64,000 bases of DNA from Paramecium tetraurelia (taxonomy: Eukaryota). The stretch is from the NCBI GenBank assembly GCA_000165425.1, contig CT868130.1, positions 124,001 through 188,000 on the forward strand. The letters run 5' to 3'. The stretch's first letter is position 1. Every line of letters starts with the position of its first letter. Position numbers and translations under genes: made by a program. The notes under the pieces were generated by a model. That model was not told the origin of the DNA. It searched no databases and saw only the letters and a program-made list of their open reading frames with translations. Positions 36,934 to 50,310 of the stretch are shown here, piece by piece.

Positions 36934-37589
36934 AATTTTTTTATTTTATTATGTCTAATCGATTTAACTCTCTCATTAGTTCTATTGATAAACTTGGCTT
37001 TCTCAAGGACTCCCTATCCACTCTTTCTTTTTTGCTCCATTTATGTTTCTAACTTCTCTTTGGTCGTATATTGCTTCCAATCTAATTTAGATTTAGTCAC
37101 AGAATTGATAGTCTTGGCTTTGTTGGTCAATTTCTTGATTACTTCTCTGTAATATCGAAAACTCTCTCTCAGCTCTTTCATAGACATTGCTAATTATAGA
37201 TTATAGAATACAATTTCCAATAGGTTATTTGATTTATTTGGTTTATACAGGTTCTATGTTTTCTTCTTATATTTCACCTTTATCATTTATTAAAAATGAT
37301 TTTCCCGCAAACTTGACACGTTTCACTTACACTCGATTCTGTTCTTTCAATATGATTATTCAATACCATCAAGTACTTCTCTTACAATTTATTAGGCAGA
37401 CTTGGTGCAAACCTTAGGCTAATACAAATCAATTTTTTTCATCTCTGAATAGATTTCATCGATGTTAAATGTTTTCGGATGACTCAGGTTTTTGTTATTC
37501 TCAGAAATGTCCTATTCATCTGGTACATACTCCTAATCATCATCGCTTTCAATATCGATCCCGTAAAGTTTGATTTTTTTTTTAGACAT
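36930..37589 (-). CDS. BCNT-domain protein (CFDP1/Swc5-like)
   Basis: Acidic N-terminus (ESDDDQEYVP), VKFAGK, and BCNT-C motif INSVTKSKLDWKQY...GVLEKAKFINRT. Confidence 0.8.
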
Positions 37590-37758
37590 ATAAAAATTAT
37601 ACTCTTGTGATAATTATTGAGAAGAATTTTATATTTATATTAAGAATAAGTTGGCAGTTCTTATCAATATAAATAGATTTTCTATTAATATATAAAAGTG
37701 TTTAATTGATCGAGAACAAAAGAAAAAAAACTAAATATAAATATATAAATAAATAAAT

Positions 37759-39090
37759 ATGATAACATTCTTATTGTTGCTTGGAGTTTAAGGATAGTAT
37801 TTGCCTACAAGTACTGGATGTTTGGGAACAGACTATTTGTACAAGATTAACGATCTCTCTTTCTGTTTTACTTGTTAGAAAGGATGCAAAAGCTGTTGTG
37901 ATCCATAATTATGTAATGAATGTGAATACAGATACAGATTTAATTCAACCACTTCCACTTGCATAAGATGTCCAGTACTTAAAGATTTCATATTAAGGTT
38001 AACTGTGAAGTATGTGAACCTGATGGCTTATTTTCTAAATGTTCAAAGTGCGAAACAGGATATATTAAATAAGAAGATGGTAGTTGTAAGAAATGTGGAG
38101 ATGATTGTGTATCTTGTTCTTTGGCAGATTATTGTTCACAATGTGCAGATGCTTTCTATGTAGAAAAAGGAAGTAAGAAAGAATAATTATGAATTTGTAT
38201 AGTTTGTAAAGATTGTCCATATGGATGTAAAAGTTGCACTTAGGTTGAAGAATCATTATTTGTCTGTGATACATGCATTGATAGATACTATCTAGTTGGA
38301 GAGCAATGTACAAAATGTCCCACTGGGTGTCTAAAATGCGATGATGATTTCACCTGTACTAGTTGTGAAGATGCCTATGTCTTGAAGGAAACTAAGCTAT
38401 GTGAATTTTGTACTCCAAATTGCAAGAAATGTTCTGAGAATACATGTACCGATTGTCAAACAGGTTATGTCTTAACTACAGATAATCAATGTCTAGGTTG
38501 TCCAGATATCAATTGTGAAAGTTGTCAATAAGAAGATAGAACTAAATGTACTAAATGTGCATCTAAGTTTTATTTGCTTAATTAAACTTGCATTGCTTGT
38601 GATATCAATTGTAAATAATGTGATACTCCAGGACATTGTGTTGAATGTAAACCTGGATACTTCATTAAAAATGGAGTTTGCACTGCCAATTCAATCAAAA
38701 ATTGTTAAGTATAAAATGAAACTGCATGTACTACTTGTGAAAGTGGTTATTATATTAAAAATGGTGCATGCAGTCCATGTGGTGATAACTGTTTATAATG
38801 TTCGGGACCTTCATTTTGTAATTAGTGTGCTACTGCTTATTTTTTTAATGGGTTCTCATGTCAAGGATGTGGTACTGGTTGTGAAAGATGCGTTGATTCA
38901 AATATATGTCTTAAATGCACCTATGGGTATATAGATATTATATATTCAATTTAGTTTTTATATTTCAAAGGGAGTTTGTGAAAGATGCATTGATGGAGTT
39001 TGTTAATGTTCAATCAAAGAAAATATAGTAGAGAATTAGAGCCATTAAATCATAGTTTTGATGTTGTTATTATTATTGATATTGTAGTGA
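37759..39090 (+). CDS. Cys-rich (furin-like CxxC repeat) surface protein, probable GPI anchor
   Basis: Signal peptide MITFLLLLGVQG; repeated CxxCxxxCxxC...CxxCxxGY units; hydrophobic C-terminus IIVLMLLLLLILQ*. Confidence 0.88.
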
Positions 39091-39328
39091 ATTTATGTAT
39101 AAAGCTTATCATGAAATAATTCTATTAAAGGTTTGATCATTTTACACTTTTGTTTGCTCTTTCAGATTTTAGATGTTTTTCAAAAGAATACTTATAAAAG
39201 TCCTTAATTAGTCAAATATCAAATATCAAATTGAAATTTTTGATTTAATTCTATATACAACAGAGAAGCAATGCGGCAATTTATAAATCAAATAAATTTT
39301 ATTATAATTAAAATCTTAATAATTAGAG

Positions 39329-41200
39329 ATGGCGGATGCAGCATAAATCTACGGTCAAAAGAAGTATTTATATAGACAGGATGGATTATTTATTCGATTT
39401 AATGATAATGATAAAGAATTGATTATAAGATCTTTAAATGGATCAATTGATGTATAATCGAGGTAAAAGTTTTAAGATGTCAACCCATAATCATCAGATT
39501 GCTTAGAATTTAATGCAATTTATGGGATAGTAACATTGAAACAGTTGAATTATTTAGTCGTTGTTGTAAAGGCTGCTTTGATTAGTTCAATAATGAATTT
39601 ACCAATATTTCAAGCCGAGAAATTCTAATTCATTCCTATCGAAGATAAAAAGTAATATGAAATTAATAAAATCAAGAATAAATTCTAGAGATGCCTCATA
39701 CATAGCTGGTCTACAGGAGATATTTAATACGAAAACTTTTTATTATTCAGAATAGTATGATCTTACAAACTCGTTGCAGAGATACATAGAAAATAAAGGA
39801 ATTCGTAAGCCATTATCTCAGTATTGGATGAACAGTGAAAATTGCAAACCTTTTCGTCTATGCAATCCAGAATAATGGATACCCACATTTATTTCAGGTC
39901 TCATTGCAATCAGATATTTTAAGTTGAATGATACTGATTGTTAGATATGCCTAATTAGTCGAAGAGATAAGAGAAGAATGGGTAGAAGATTCATTAGCAG
40001 AGGAGCAGATCTGGATGGAAATTGTAGTAATTTTGCAGAGACAGAATAAATATTCAGATATCAATCAACCTATTATTCATTTTTATAATCAAGAGGTTCA
40101 ATGCCTTTTAAATGGATTTAGAAGCCAGATTTAAAATGGTCACCAAAGGCTAAGATTTTAGGAGATATAACCACTAATACTGAAATAGCTTAAAAACACT
40201 TTTCTGATTAGTTCTAGTTGGGAATTCAAAAGCATATTCTTGTTAACTTAATTGATAAAAAAGGAACGTAGAATGTGTTAGGAAATTATTATAATGAAGT
40301 GATTAATCGATTGAAAAATGACAATTTAAAGTATATTTGGTTTGATTTTCATCATGAATGCAGAGGAATGAAATATTAGAATTTATCAAAACTAATAAAC
40401 ATGATGGCATAGGATTTAAAACTAGAAGATTAATGTAGTTTTGATCTCAAATCAGGAACATCTTAATTAAATATAATAACACTGATGACAACATAGAAAT
40501 CCATTATTAGAACTAATTGCGTTGATTGTTTGGATAGAACTAATGTAGTTCAATCAGTTATTGCTAGACATTAACTTTGGAATACATTATAAAAATTAGG
40601 AGTAAGAAGAAGCACTGTAATATATTAAATCATATTTTAATAGAACTAAGCAATGGAACCCTTCCCAGATTAATTAGAATAGATATTTAGAGATATTTGG
40701 ACATTGAATGCAGATACTGTTTCTTTGATGTATACTGGAACAGGTGCTTTGAAGACAGATTCAACAAAAAAAGGCAAGAGGACATTTTTAGGTGCCGTGG
40801 AAGATGGCAGAAGATCTATAATTAGATATTTTATTGGAAACTTTCATGATGGAGGTATTCAAAATAACATTGATCTTTTAACAAATAAGATAGATTTAAA
40901 AAAACATGATTATAAAAACAAGTTCTTCACAGGATGGCATTGTCTATTAGTGATTGTAATTATTTATTTTAATTATAGTTTGCATCTGTTCAGGTTGGAT
41001 TATGGAAATTGAGTGGATTTGTTTTAGAGCATCCAAAGGCCAATTAAATATTGGGGATTCAAAAAAAACATGATAACTATGATTAACTCAAGATGACAAT
41101 AGCTCATTTTGCCTTTGTAGCAACCGGAATGCTTATTATACGAACACTTATATTCAGTAAGTATAAACTGTTTGTCAGAGAAGCCAAGCTAAACCATTGA
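39329..41200 (+). CDS. SAC1: SAC1-like phosphoinositide phosphatase
   Basis: LISRR...MGRRFISRGAD, SRGSMP, WFDFHHEC, catalytic RTNCVDCLDRTNVVQ, YTGTGALKTD, two C-terminal hydrophobic segments. Confidence 0.93.
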
Positions 41201-41241
41201 TTGATTACGTATGAAAACATATAAAATTGATTAAATTTAAG

Positions 41242-42478
41242 TCATTATTTATTACTATAATGAGATTATCTCTTTAATTAATCTCTGTATAATTATAGTT
41301 CCTATTCCTTGTGATTTAACAATTAATTTAATCTATTGCATTCACTTTAAAACAACGAAACCTTGCTTTCTAAATCCTTCAGGTTTTAATTAGCCTACTA
41401 TGATTGACTTGACCTTCTTAAGATTTCTAATTCCTTATTGCGATCATCAATGATTTTCCTAAGACTTAAAAAAGTTGAAATTGAATAATTACTTGGCAAT
41501 TTCTTAGTTTTGATATTCAGTCTCTCGTACTATTTTCTCAAATCTATTTAATTTTTATTAGACAGTATCTAAATCGTCTTATTTTAACTTCAAATTAAGT
41601 TCTGCTTTCTTCAAGTCTGATTATAAATTGACTACAAAATTAATCATTATATTACAGATATTTTGATCTTTTGTTCTAGATTTGGATAGAAAGTCCTGGG
41701 CTTCAAATCTTTAAGACTCAAGAGATTAACATCTTCTCTACCATTAATCTAATTAATCTCTGAGTCTGTTCATTTCTATTTACACAATATTCTCATTATC
41801 TTGAACAGCTCTCTTCATTCTTTCTAGTTCCATATCAACAACAGATCGCATTTTCAATTAGTCTTCTAAATTTGAGTATCTGAGTCTCCATTGATCAATC
41901 TCAGAATTCAAATCTAAAATGGTCTTATTGAGTCTATCCACTTCTTGCATCAATTAATTAACCCTCCCTGTATCCTCAAAATAGCTAATCTTTTCAGATG
42001 CAATATTTTAAGCTTTCAATCTGAAGTTTTCTTATTGCAAATCGTATATTTATTTTTCTAAGAATGTGCATTTGGCTGTAATCAATATCATTTTATACTT
42101 CTCCACGGCTCCTCAATATCAGTCCGAGGTACAACCTAAACTGGTTTATCATAATGCTGAATTTCTTAGTAAATAGTTTAAGGTTGAACAATATTTTATA
42201 TAATGGCAGCTCCTTGAGTTGGTTGCTAAAATTGCTGTTATTTATTTAATGCTTAAACTTCAGGGGATACTTAGAACTTTAAGACTAAATTTGAGGAGTA
42301 CTTCTTTTGCATAAGCTCTTGCAGAGGCAGATCCAAATTAAATTGGCAATCCTGGCCCTGATTCTGGACCCAAAGGCTTCTAAGCATTTATATCTATGTT
42401 CATTGATTGAGGGTATCTTATTGGATCATATGCGGACTTGCTATTAATTCCATAGCCTGGATCTCTGTAGGAAGCCAT
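41242..42478 (-). CDS. Coiled-coil protein, probably cytoskeletal/cortical
   Basis: Pro/Gly-rich N-terminus, then heptad segments with recurring ID/LDQWRxRxxxLE units; several tiny introns. Confidence 0.7.
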
Positions 42479-42613
42479 TGTTAAGATAGAGGATATAAAT
42501 TATTTAGAATATAATGTAATAAATTTTCAAACATGCCTTAAACAGTTTCTTATTAATTATACTATTTCTTTAATTTTGTATGTTATATAGACTTTAAATA
42601 TTATATATAAATT

Positions 42614-45600
42614 ATGGACACTATTAAATAGAAATGGAAAAACTACACACTATAAAAACGACTGAAAGACCTTTGGGAGGATTATAAGAAGGCTTCAAAT
42701 TTATCAGAGGATCCCCAGACACTAAAAAAGTAATGTGTATTTTTATGGAAAGATTCCAACAATTCCTTGAATAGGCGAACATAACAATTAAGAATTTTTT
42801 AAAAAGCAATGATCAGCAACTAGAAGTCATCCTGGGTGATGCTAATTAAGTGTTGGTTGTGATATTGGATTATTTGAATAAATTTCCGGAAATATAAAAA
42901 AGGTTATATTCATATTAACCTTATCTTTAGAAACGCGGACTAAGGGCAATTAGTTTAAGATATAATGGAATAGTGTATTTAATTGGCAGAATAAATTTTA
43001 AGAGAACCAAAGTATCGCAAAAGTGTCGAAAATTCTCATAATGTCTTGTCCGACTTTCTAAATTTAATTGAAAAAGCACAGAAGACTGAATCCAAGGTTC
43101 TCATCATAAAGCTGATTGTATTTGCTTTTTTATAACAAAGGTTTTATTTTCAGAGAATCTCAATTAGAGGATTGAATTTTTTGAATAATAAGGATTCCAC
43201 AAATTGCTTTCAATTTTAATGAACAAGGATCCGCAACTTAATCGCGTAATATCGAAGGCTCTCTTGCATTTTTTGCTCATTGAAGATATAAATCAAGTAG
43301 TAATATGCAATGTTGAGGATGGACAAGAATAAACTATAAAATAAAAATTTAGTAAAATAGCCGTGTCATTGAGATCTTTTGCATTTCAAGGTATTTAATC
43401 ATTATTGATATTATTCAGAATTGTCAAAGGTGTTCCTTCCTACTCAAAACAATAAATAATTAAGCATAAAGTAGTTTTGTGTTGAAAAGAAGGAAATCCT
43501 AACATTATCACAAGCCATTGAATAACAAATAAGTTTGTAATCCATTTTTGAAGTGGATTTAAGTTACTACATGAATTCATAATCAATAAGCAGATCCACT
43601 TCAGATTAGGATCAGAATAAAAATGAAATTTATGAGAAAATCATTAGCATAAGTAGCACACCTCCAGACAAACTGGCCTTATCATAAACCTAATCTGAAA
43701 GGTCTCAATCTGAAGACATACTTAAAGAATTCCAAGTACTCTAAGGAGGATTCAAAGCCATTTTGGAAACACTTGAAAAGGCAACGTCCGAAGTTTAAGT
43801 GGATTTGCTTTAAACCGTTCAGCAGATCCTTTAAAATAATGCTAGAAATAAAATTGAGTTTAAAAGAGTCAATGGTTATCAATTACTAAGTGATTTTATT
43901 ACTAATAAGGATTAATAGGATGAGCAATTTTAATAGTAATTCTACAATTTCTTAAAATAAATATCAACAACAGATTCTGAGATTGATGATTTAGATGCAT
44001 TCACACTTATGCTTGAGTTGTTGCCTATATAATAGGATAAACTTCTGAATATTATTGTAGAAGTATTAAACTAAAATTGGAAGAATGTTATAATTGCTAA
44101 AAGATTAAAGTTATACTATTATTTGGCTATCATTTAAATGAGATAATACTTGTCATCAGAGTAAATCACTGAGAAATTCTGTAATATTGATAACGAGTAC
44201 ATTTTCACTAATTTTAAAAATATTTTAGTTAAAGTTAAATTTCAATAATCTGAGGAAGTCTGTTAACAATTGTTTTAATTATATGAATAACTCAATTAGT
44301 TAGAAGGATTCTACAGTCTTGAATTTGAAGCAATTTAAAGTTAATTAGCCATTCTATTTCTTGATGATGTTGATATTTTCAAATAAATTGTTGGATTCGC
44401 ATTCAAAATGATAGAATAGAAGATGAGCAAGAAGTGCAGATACATGAATTCCTTTGATCATCAAAGTGAATTGGCATTTAAAAACTTTAGTATTATTTTT
44501 GATTAAATTTACCATTCATTCTTAAAGGCAAAAAAAAATAATATGCAAGATGCAAAGGATTAATCCAGTTATGTGTTTTTTATATAAATAGCTGAAATTA
44601 TTAATAAATTTTTAGTGTGTGATCACAATATTTAGAAACAGGAAGTAGATATATTCAAAAATATGGTTAGTTAAAATAGATGTGAGTAGTTTATGAATTT
44701 GATCAAGCCGAATCTTAAATTAATATAAAGTAAGTAAATACTGGAACTATTCGATTTTGAATATAATGAAAAGAGTAATTTGGCGATTGCTCACTTATAA
44801 TTTCGATTAAATTAAGTGTTGTTTAATTCACTTGCAGGAATTATGAGGCATAATGATTTTAAGATAGAACCTCAAATGGTTTTATACTTGGTCTACTCTC
44901 AGTATGAAATGTGGAATGCTTTAGAACAATAGCCTCAAAATCCAATCACCCCCTTGCTAGAATTCTTAATGGATATTTCGAAACTCAGTTCATAATACTT
45001 ACAATGCATTTCCCACTTCTTTTACAAAATCAAATTGTGTGATGAAAACACTCTTGTGATTGAAAATCTTATATCATTTTTAAAGTAATTTGACTTCAAA
45101 AACCAAGACTTAATTGTCAATATGCTTATTTCAATTTGCAAGAATCTGCCTTATTATTATGACATGGCTAACTTATATCCTGTACTAATATAATATATTG
45201 AAACTTACTTAAACAAAGTTGATTTGGAGTTATGGTTCGACTTTGTGTTTTCAGGAGAAACTATTAAAAAGTTAAATGAACAAAATTATGGAGCAACAAT
45301 GAGTGATATCTTGAGCTTACTCTCAATTCACAGTATGTTTTAAGAAAAAGTGTTCGATAAGATGATCAATGGGGAATATTTGACTAACTCTTTTGCCACT
45401 CTCCAGTATGACACAACTAAGGAGTAAAGTATTAAATTATCAAATATATTATACTTGTTGAATGCCAAAAGCAATAAGATCAAGGTAATTATTTTAATAA
45501 TCCAAGAACCCCATTTACAGCAATAAGTAAAAATTCTTCTAATTGATATAAAAACTGATAAATGGCGAAGAGTTCTCAAATTAACTATGTAATACTGTGT

Positions 45601-47034
45601 TCAAACTTGTATTTTGGAATTTCGATAGTTATCATCTCCTCTACACAGAGAACAGTAGTAATGTTTCTTCAGTTATGGGAAGAAGTGAATTTGCAGAAAT
45701 AATTTAAAAAACCCAGAAATAGTATTTAGAAAATAAACAACCCATTTAACACATAACAAATTTAGAATCACTGGAACTTTTCTTTTTGATGTTAGGTAAA
45801 AATCAATCTTAAAGCTATATAATTGAAATTTTGAAGATTTTTGAATCAATTTTGGATAATCAAAACTTAGCTACATTATTAGATTCAAATATAATATAGA
45901 GTTTATGTATGTTATTGTAAAATACAGACAAGAGAATTGTATAGCAAATATATACAATAATTAGAACAATTATTTAGTATGATTTAAGCAAGTCAACAAA
46001 ATTGAAGATTATTGATATATTAAAACGACATGATGATGCATCTCATATTTTAATAGATTATTTAAAGGATTTATTGTAGAACCCAGTGATAAAAAATGAT
46101 CATGTGACCTTTTTAAAGAACTTTGACATTTTAGTAAAGAATTTTGAGGAGTTGGTTGGTTTCAATGAAGAAATAGATATTTTACTGTTTCAAATAATCA
46201 ATTTGATGGCATCTAAGAATTCTCCAGAAATAAGATCAGTCTTGAAATAGTTGAATCTGTTTGAATTTAGAGATAATTTGGCATTGCAGATAATAAAATA
46301 TAAAATGGATCCACAATAGTTGATGGATATACTATCGGGAATTCCATTTGCGTAATTGTGTAACAGTAGAAACTTTAAGGAATCTCATTGTATGGCTTAT
46401 TTATTGCAAAGATTGATATAACACAAAGATCATTTTGGTTTACCACTTTTAATAATTAAAATTTTAAAATATGATATATCAACAATAGAAGATAATAGGA
46501 AGTATGTAAGTAAGCTTCTGTAGAATGATTAATTGATTAGTTTCTTTTATCCATAAATGTTGAGAAAGTAAAGCAAAAGTTTAAAATGCTTTGATTAAGA
46601 GGATCAAAAAATCTAGAGATCCAATTCACCAGAAACGGATGCAGCATTTTCTCAAAACATGACTGTCGATCAATTTCTAACTTTATTTTTCAGTGATAAA
46701 TTGTAGGATGAGCGATAGCAAATTAAATTAACATTAGAGAGGGCACTCATTCCCGTTGAAAGTGAGTACAAGAGATAGATAATGAAGTATAATACGAAAA
46801 AACAGAGTCGGTTGGCCAAATTGTCAGAATAGGAACAGAGTGATAATTTAAGAGTAAGATGCATTGAATATTTAGATTTAAACTTCTAATAATGATTGGG
46901 AATTCAAGATATAGTCTCGTTTAAAGAAGAGCAATGAAAGATCAAAATTGAGGAGCCAGAAACAATAGGAATAATTTGAATAGGTGCTGGCTGATGGAGA
47001 GAACTAATGGTTTAAATTGTGCTTAGGATAATGA
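42614..47034 (+). CDS. Large alpha-helical (ARM/HEAT-like) hypothetical protein, ~1400 aa
   Basis: Long TGA-free Leu/Ile-rich frames joined by tiny introns; probable homopolymer frameshift near 42725; ends DGENQWFKLCLGQ*. Confidence 0.7.
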
Positions 47035-47058
47035 AATTTATATATATTATATTAAAGT

Positions 47059-48729
47059 ATGTTTGTATAAGACATGCAATTTATACGATCAAGCGAATAA
47101 AACTTTGTCATAAACACTCAGTCCTTTCAAACTGTTGTCTTTTAATATGATAGATTAATTCAAATGCAAGTGCCAGAGAAATAGCTTTATGATAGTTTAA
47201 AAAACAGGGCTCTAAAATTGGGGCAGACAATAATGATAAGTGGCAATCCCTTCAAGGTTTTTTTATTGGATCCTCTGCATGGTCATGTAGGTGACACAAC
47301 TTCAATTCTGTGTTATCCAGGAGATTTGAGCAATAATCGAACATTATAACAAGTTCAATTCCTGAATCTGTCCCAAGAGAAGAAGGAACACATTACCAGG
47401 CTTCCTATAAACCAGCATATTAGCCAAGATCAATAGATAATTATTGATGGACTGCTTATGCAAGTTATACGGTGCTAGCCTGAGGATGGAATATTTCGAT
47501 AGTAAACTGTAATTAATTATGTTAATAAAACAGGAATGCAGGATTGTGAACTCTGGGAAACCCATGTTATAGGAAATCTAGATAGTAATTCAGAATTAGT
47601 AAGAACCAAATAAATAAGAATTACTTAAAAATTACATATAGCCTTATTTTATGATTCCTAGGTATGTGAGAGAAGGCTCTAGATTAAGGATTAAGGAAGT
47701 AGATTTTATGATTAAATCGTGTAAGCCAAAGAAAGGATTCATTGATAGCAGAACCATAATTCAGTTGTTTGATAATGAGCAATTTACATTTAAATCCATG
47801 AACGATGAGGATGAAGAAACTGGGGGATTATAGGTTTAAATAAACACCCTCAAAATTCTATAAGATAAAACAGCTTCCCGAAATCAATTCGTTTAAAAAA
47901 GAAAGAAGTTGTATAGTATGATGGAGAACTATTGTCAATATGACGAAAAAGAAAATTAGATCGTGTTGTCTTCAAGGGACCTAAGCAGTCGAAGCCAATC
48001 CATCAATGATTTCCCCATCTTCCCAAACACATTTCTTTCGCAATTACACAAAGAGATTGACGAGGTCTCTCATGATTTAGAAAGTGATCTTATGGATAGT
48101 GATGAAACCTATTAAGGGATTGGACTTCATGAGTAGAATCAAAAATTGTCATAGATGACTCTGCCTGTATTCTTCAAAAATATACTCATCTCCAATAAAC
48201 ATGGAGCCAATAGATAATCAAGATTACAATAACCTGAATAACCCTATTCTGATGATTCCTCTTTAGATAGATCTATAGATTCGGACAATAATGGACAGTA
48301 ATAATAAAGTGAAACTTCTATTCTCATTCATGAAGATCAACCTCATTTGATAGCTCTTCCTCGATATTTTGATGAAATCGTGTTAGTATTCATTCCAAAT
48401 TATCATTAAGTTTAATTCACAAAGATGGTTGCCAATCATTCATGATGGAGTTTCATAGAATATCATAAACAAATTCCCAGAGAGGAAAATTGATCTTCAA
48501 TGGATTCAAAATAAAGGGAAAAATGAGAATGCTGACTTTTGTAAATGTATGATCTGTTTAATGGATTACACTGACGAAGAAGTTGTGAGAACATTACCTT
48601 GTCGTAAATATCTACATTAATTAACATTTAGTCCACTATTTCCATTGTGAATGCATAGATTTCTGGCTGGCCAAAAGTCGCAAATGCCCAATTTGTAAAA
48701 CTGGATGTGACTAATATCTGAACTATTGA
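47059..48729 (+). CDS. RING-H2 E3 ubiquitin ligase with N-terminal repeats
   Basis: CMICLMDYTDEEVVRTLPC|LHYFHCECIDFWLAKSRKCPICK; local frameshifts near 48430-48490 and 48700. Confidence 0.88.
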
Positions 48730-48750
48730 TTTATTTAAATTATTAACGAA

Positions 48751-49857
48751 ATGATTAAAACTGCATATAAAAAGCAGCCCCTCATTCCTAAATTGTCTAA
48801 TCTAACCTCTGCTATTGAGATTTAGCATCCATTATCATGTCGATAATAAAAGTAGACCTATGTTTCATTTATTCAGCCATCAATCAAAACAACTAGACAT
48901 AAAGAAAATACTTATAAGTTCGCAAAAACCCCAACAAAATCAGATCATATTAATTTAAATGTGAGTAAACATAGCAGATCACCAAATAGTTCTCAAATCC
49001 AATCTAGTTAAGCAATCCTAAATGTTTTAAATCAAAACATCAAATTAAGACAATAACAATAGTCATATTAATAGCAAACCTACAAATCAAACAATGTTAC
49101 TCCCCAAAAGTAAATCTCATAAGAAGAACAGAATAAAATTGAGAAAGTATAAACATAAGAGTTGTACTAATAAATAATTAAATAAAGACAACAAAGTATT
49201 CAAAATGTCTAATAATAAACTATTTGTTGCATCTATCATTCGGAGAAAAAGGCTAAATATTTCAAAGCCAACGAAAAGCAAGAGAGACAATACTTATGTT
49301 CTCTCTGTGCTATTTAAGAAGCATATGAAGGTCTCATCTATGACATGAAAACTAATTAGTTAATCCCTAAGAAAAAAAGCTAAAGAAGTTGGACTTTGAA
49401 ATATGATGAACCAATCACAACTGAATAGAATAGAAAATTATAACAATTGAATGAATTCTTAGATTTAGCAAGACAATTATATGAGTCTGCAAAAACAAAA
49501 AAAGAAGTCTCATTAAAGTATAGCATCTAAGAAATTCTTGCAGAAATTGAAAACATCAGTTAAGATATTATAAACAATGCTCAAAATATCATCCAAAATG
49601 TGGAATCGAAGTCCTTCCAGATGATATTGCAGAACTATGTAAATAGATTGCAACAATTTGACATTATCATTAATAAGCAAAACTGTGTAAACAAGTTACC
49701 TTTGAAAAAGTAAGTGTTGATTAGTTTCCAAAACAAAGATAGTTTTGTGAATCCAGATTAAATGGAATCTACAGATTCACTAATGTTAAGAGAATCAGAA
49801 ACATAACACTTTTTTGATGATTGTAATGATGTTACTTTATATTCACCCAATTTCTGA
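48751..49857 (+). CDS. Hypothetical protein with B-box-like Cys/His motif and coiled coil
   Basis: Intronless TGA-free frame containing CCIYHSEKKAKYF...YLCSLCAI. Confidence 0.65.
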
Positions 49858-49869
49858 AATATATATCAT

Positions 49870-50170
49870 TCATTTCTGTTGCTGTCTATATAAAAATCTA
49901 TCTAATTTAGGTGTTCCATAGTAGCTGGCCTAAAATGTGCTCACAATAAAGCCATAAATGATTGATTTTTTGAAAATGGTTGATGGTCTGACTTAGATTA
50001 CTTTACTCCAAAAATATAGCCATACAAATGATGTAGATATAAGTAAACACTTATAATTGCTTTGGAGCATTTGATTTCTTTAAGTCTTATCATTTGTTGT
50101 CAATAGAAATCTATTTCATATGTTGAGTATTAAACCTGTAATAAAAATAATAATCAAGCATAAAATCCAT
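49870..50170 (-). CDS. Small hypothetical membrane protein (two hydrophobic segments); needs one indel
   Basis: CLLISTSFVWLYFWSKV and SIIYGFIVSTFQASYYG in a frame that joins the ATG frame only with a 1-nt correction near 50112. Confidence 0.4.
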
Positions 50171-50310
50171 TATTTATTTAATAAAATAAACAAAATTCTA
50201 GGATTGCCAAACTATATAAATAAACTGAGAAGAACTTCATTTCTATTTACAAATATGAGATTCTAAATTTAGTCTCCAGAAAATATAATTATATTTAAAT
50301 AAATAATAAT

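Noticed and set aside
37781..38934. Val/Asn-rich ORFs in the track
   Set aside because: Off-frame readings of the Cys-rich repeat surface protein gene.
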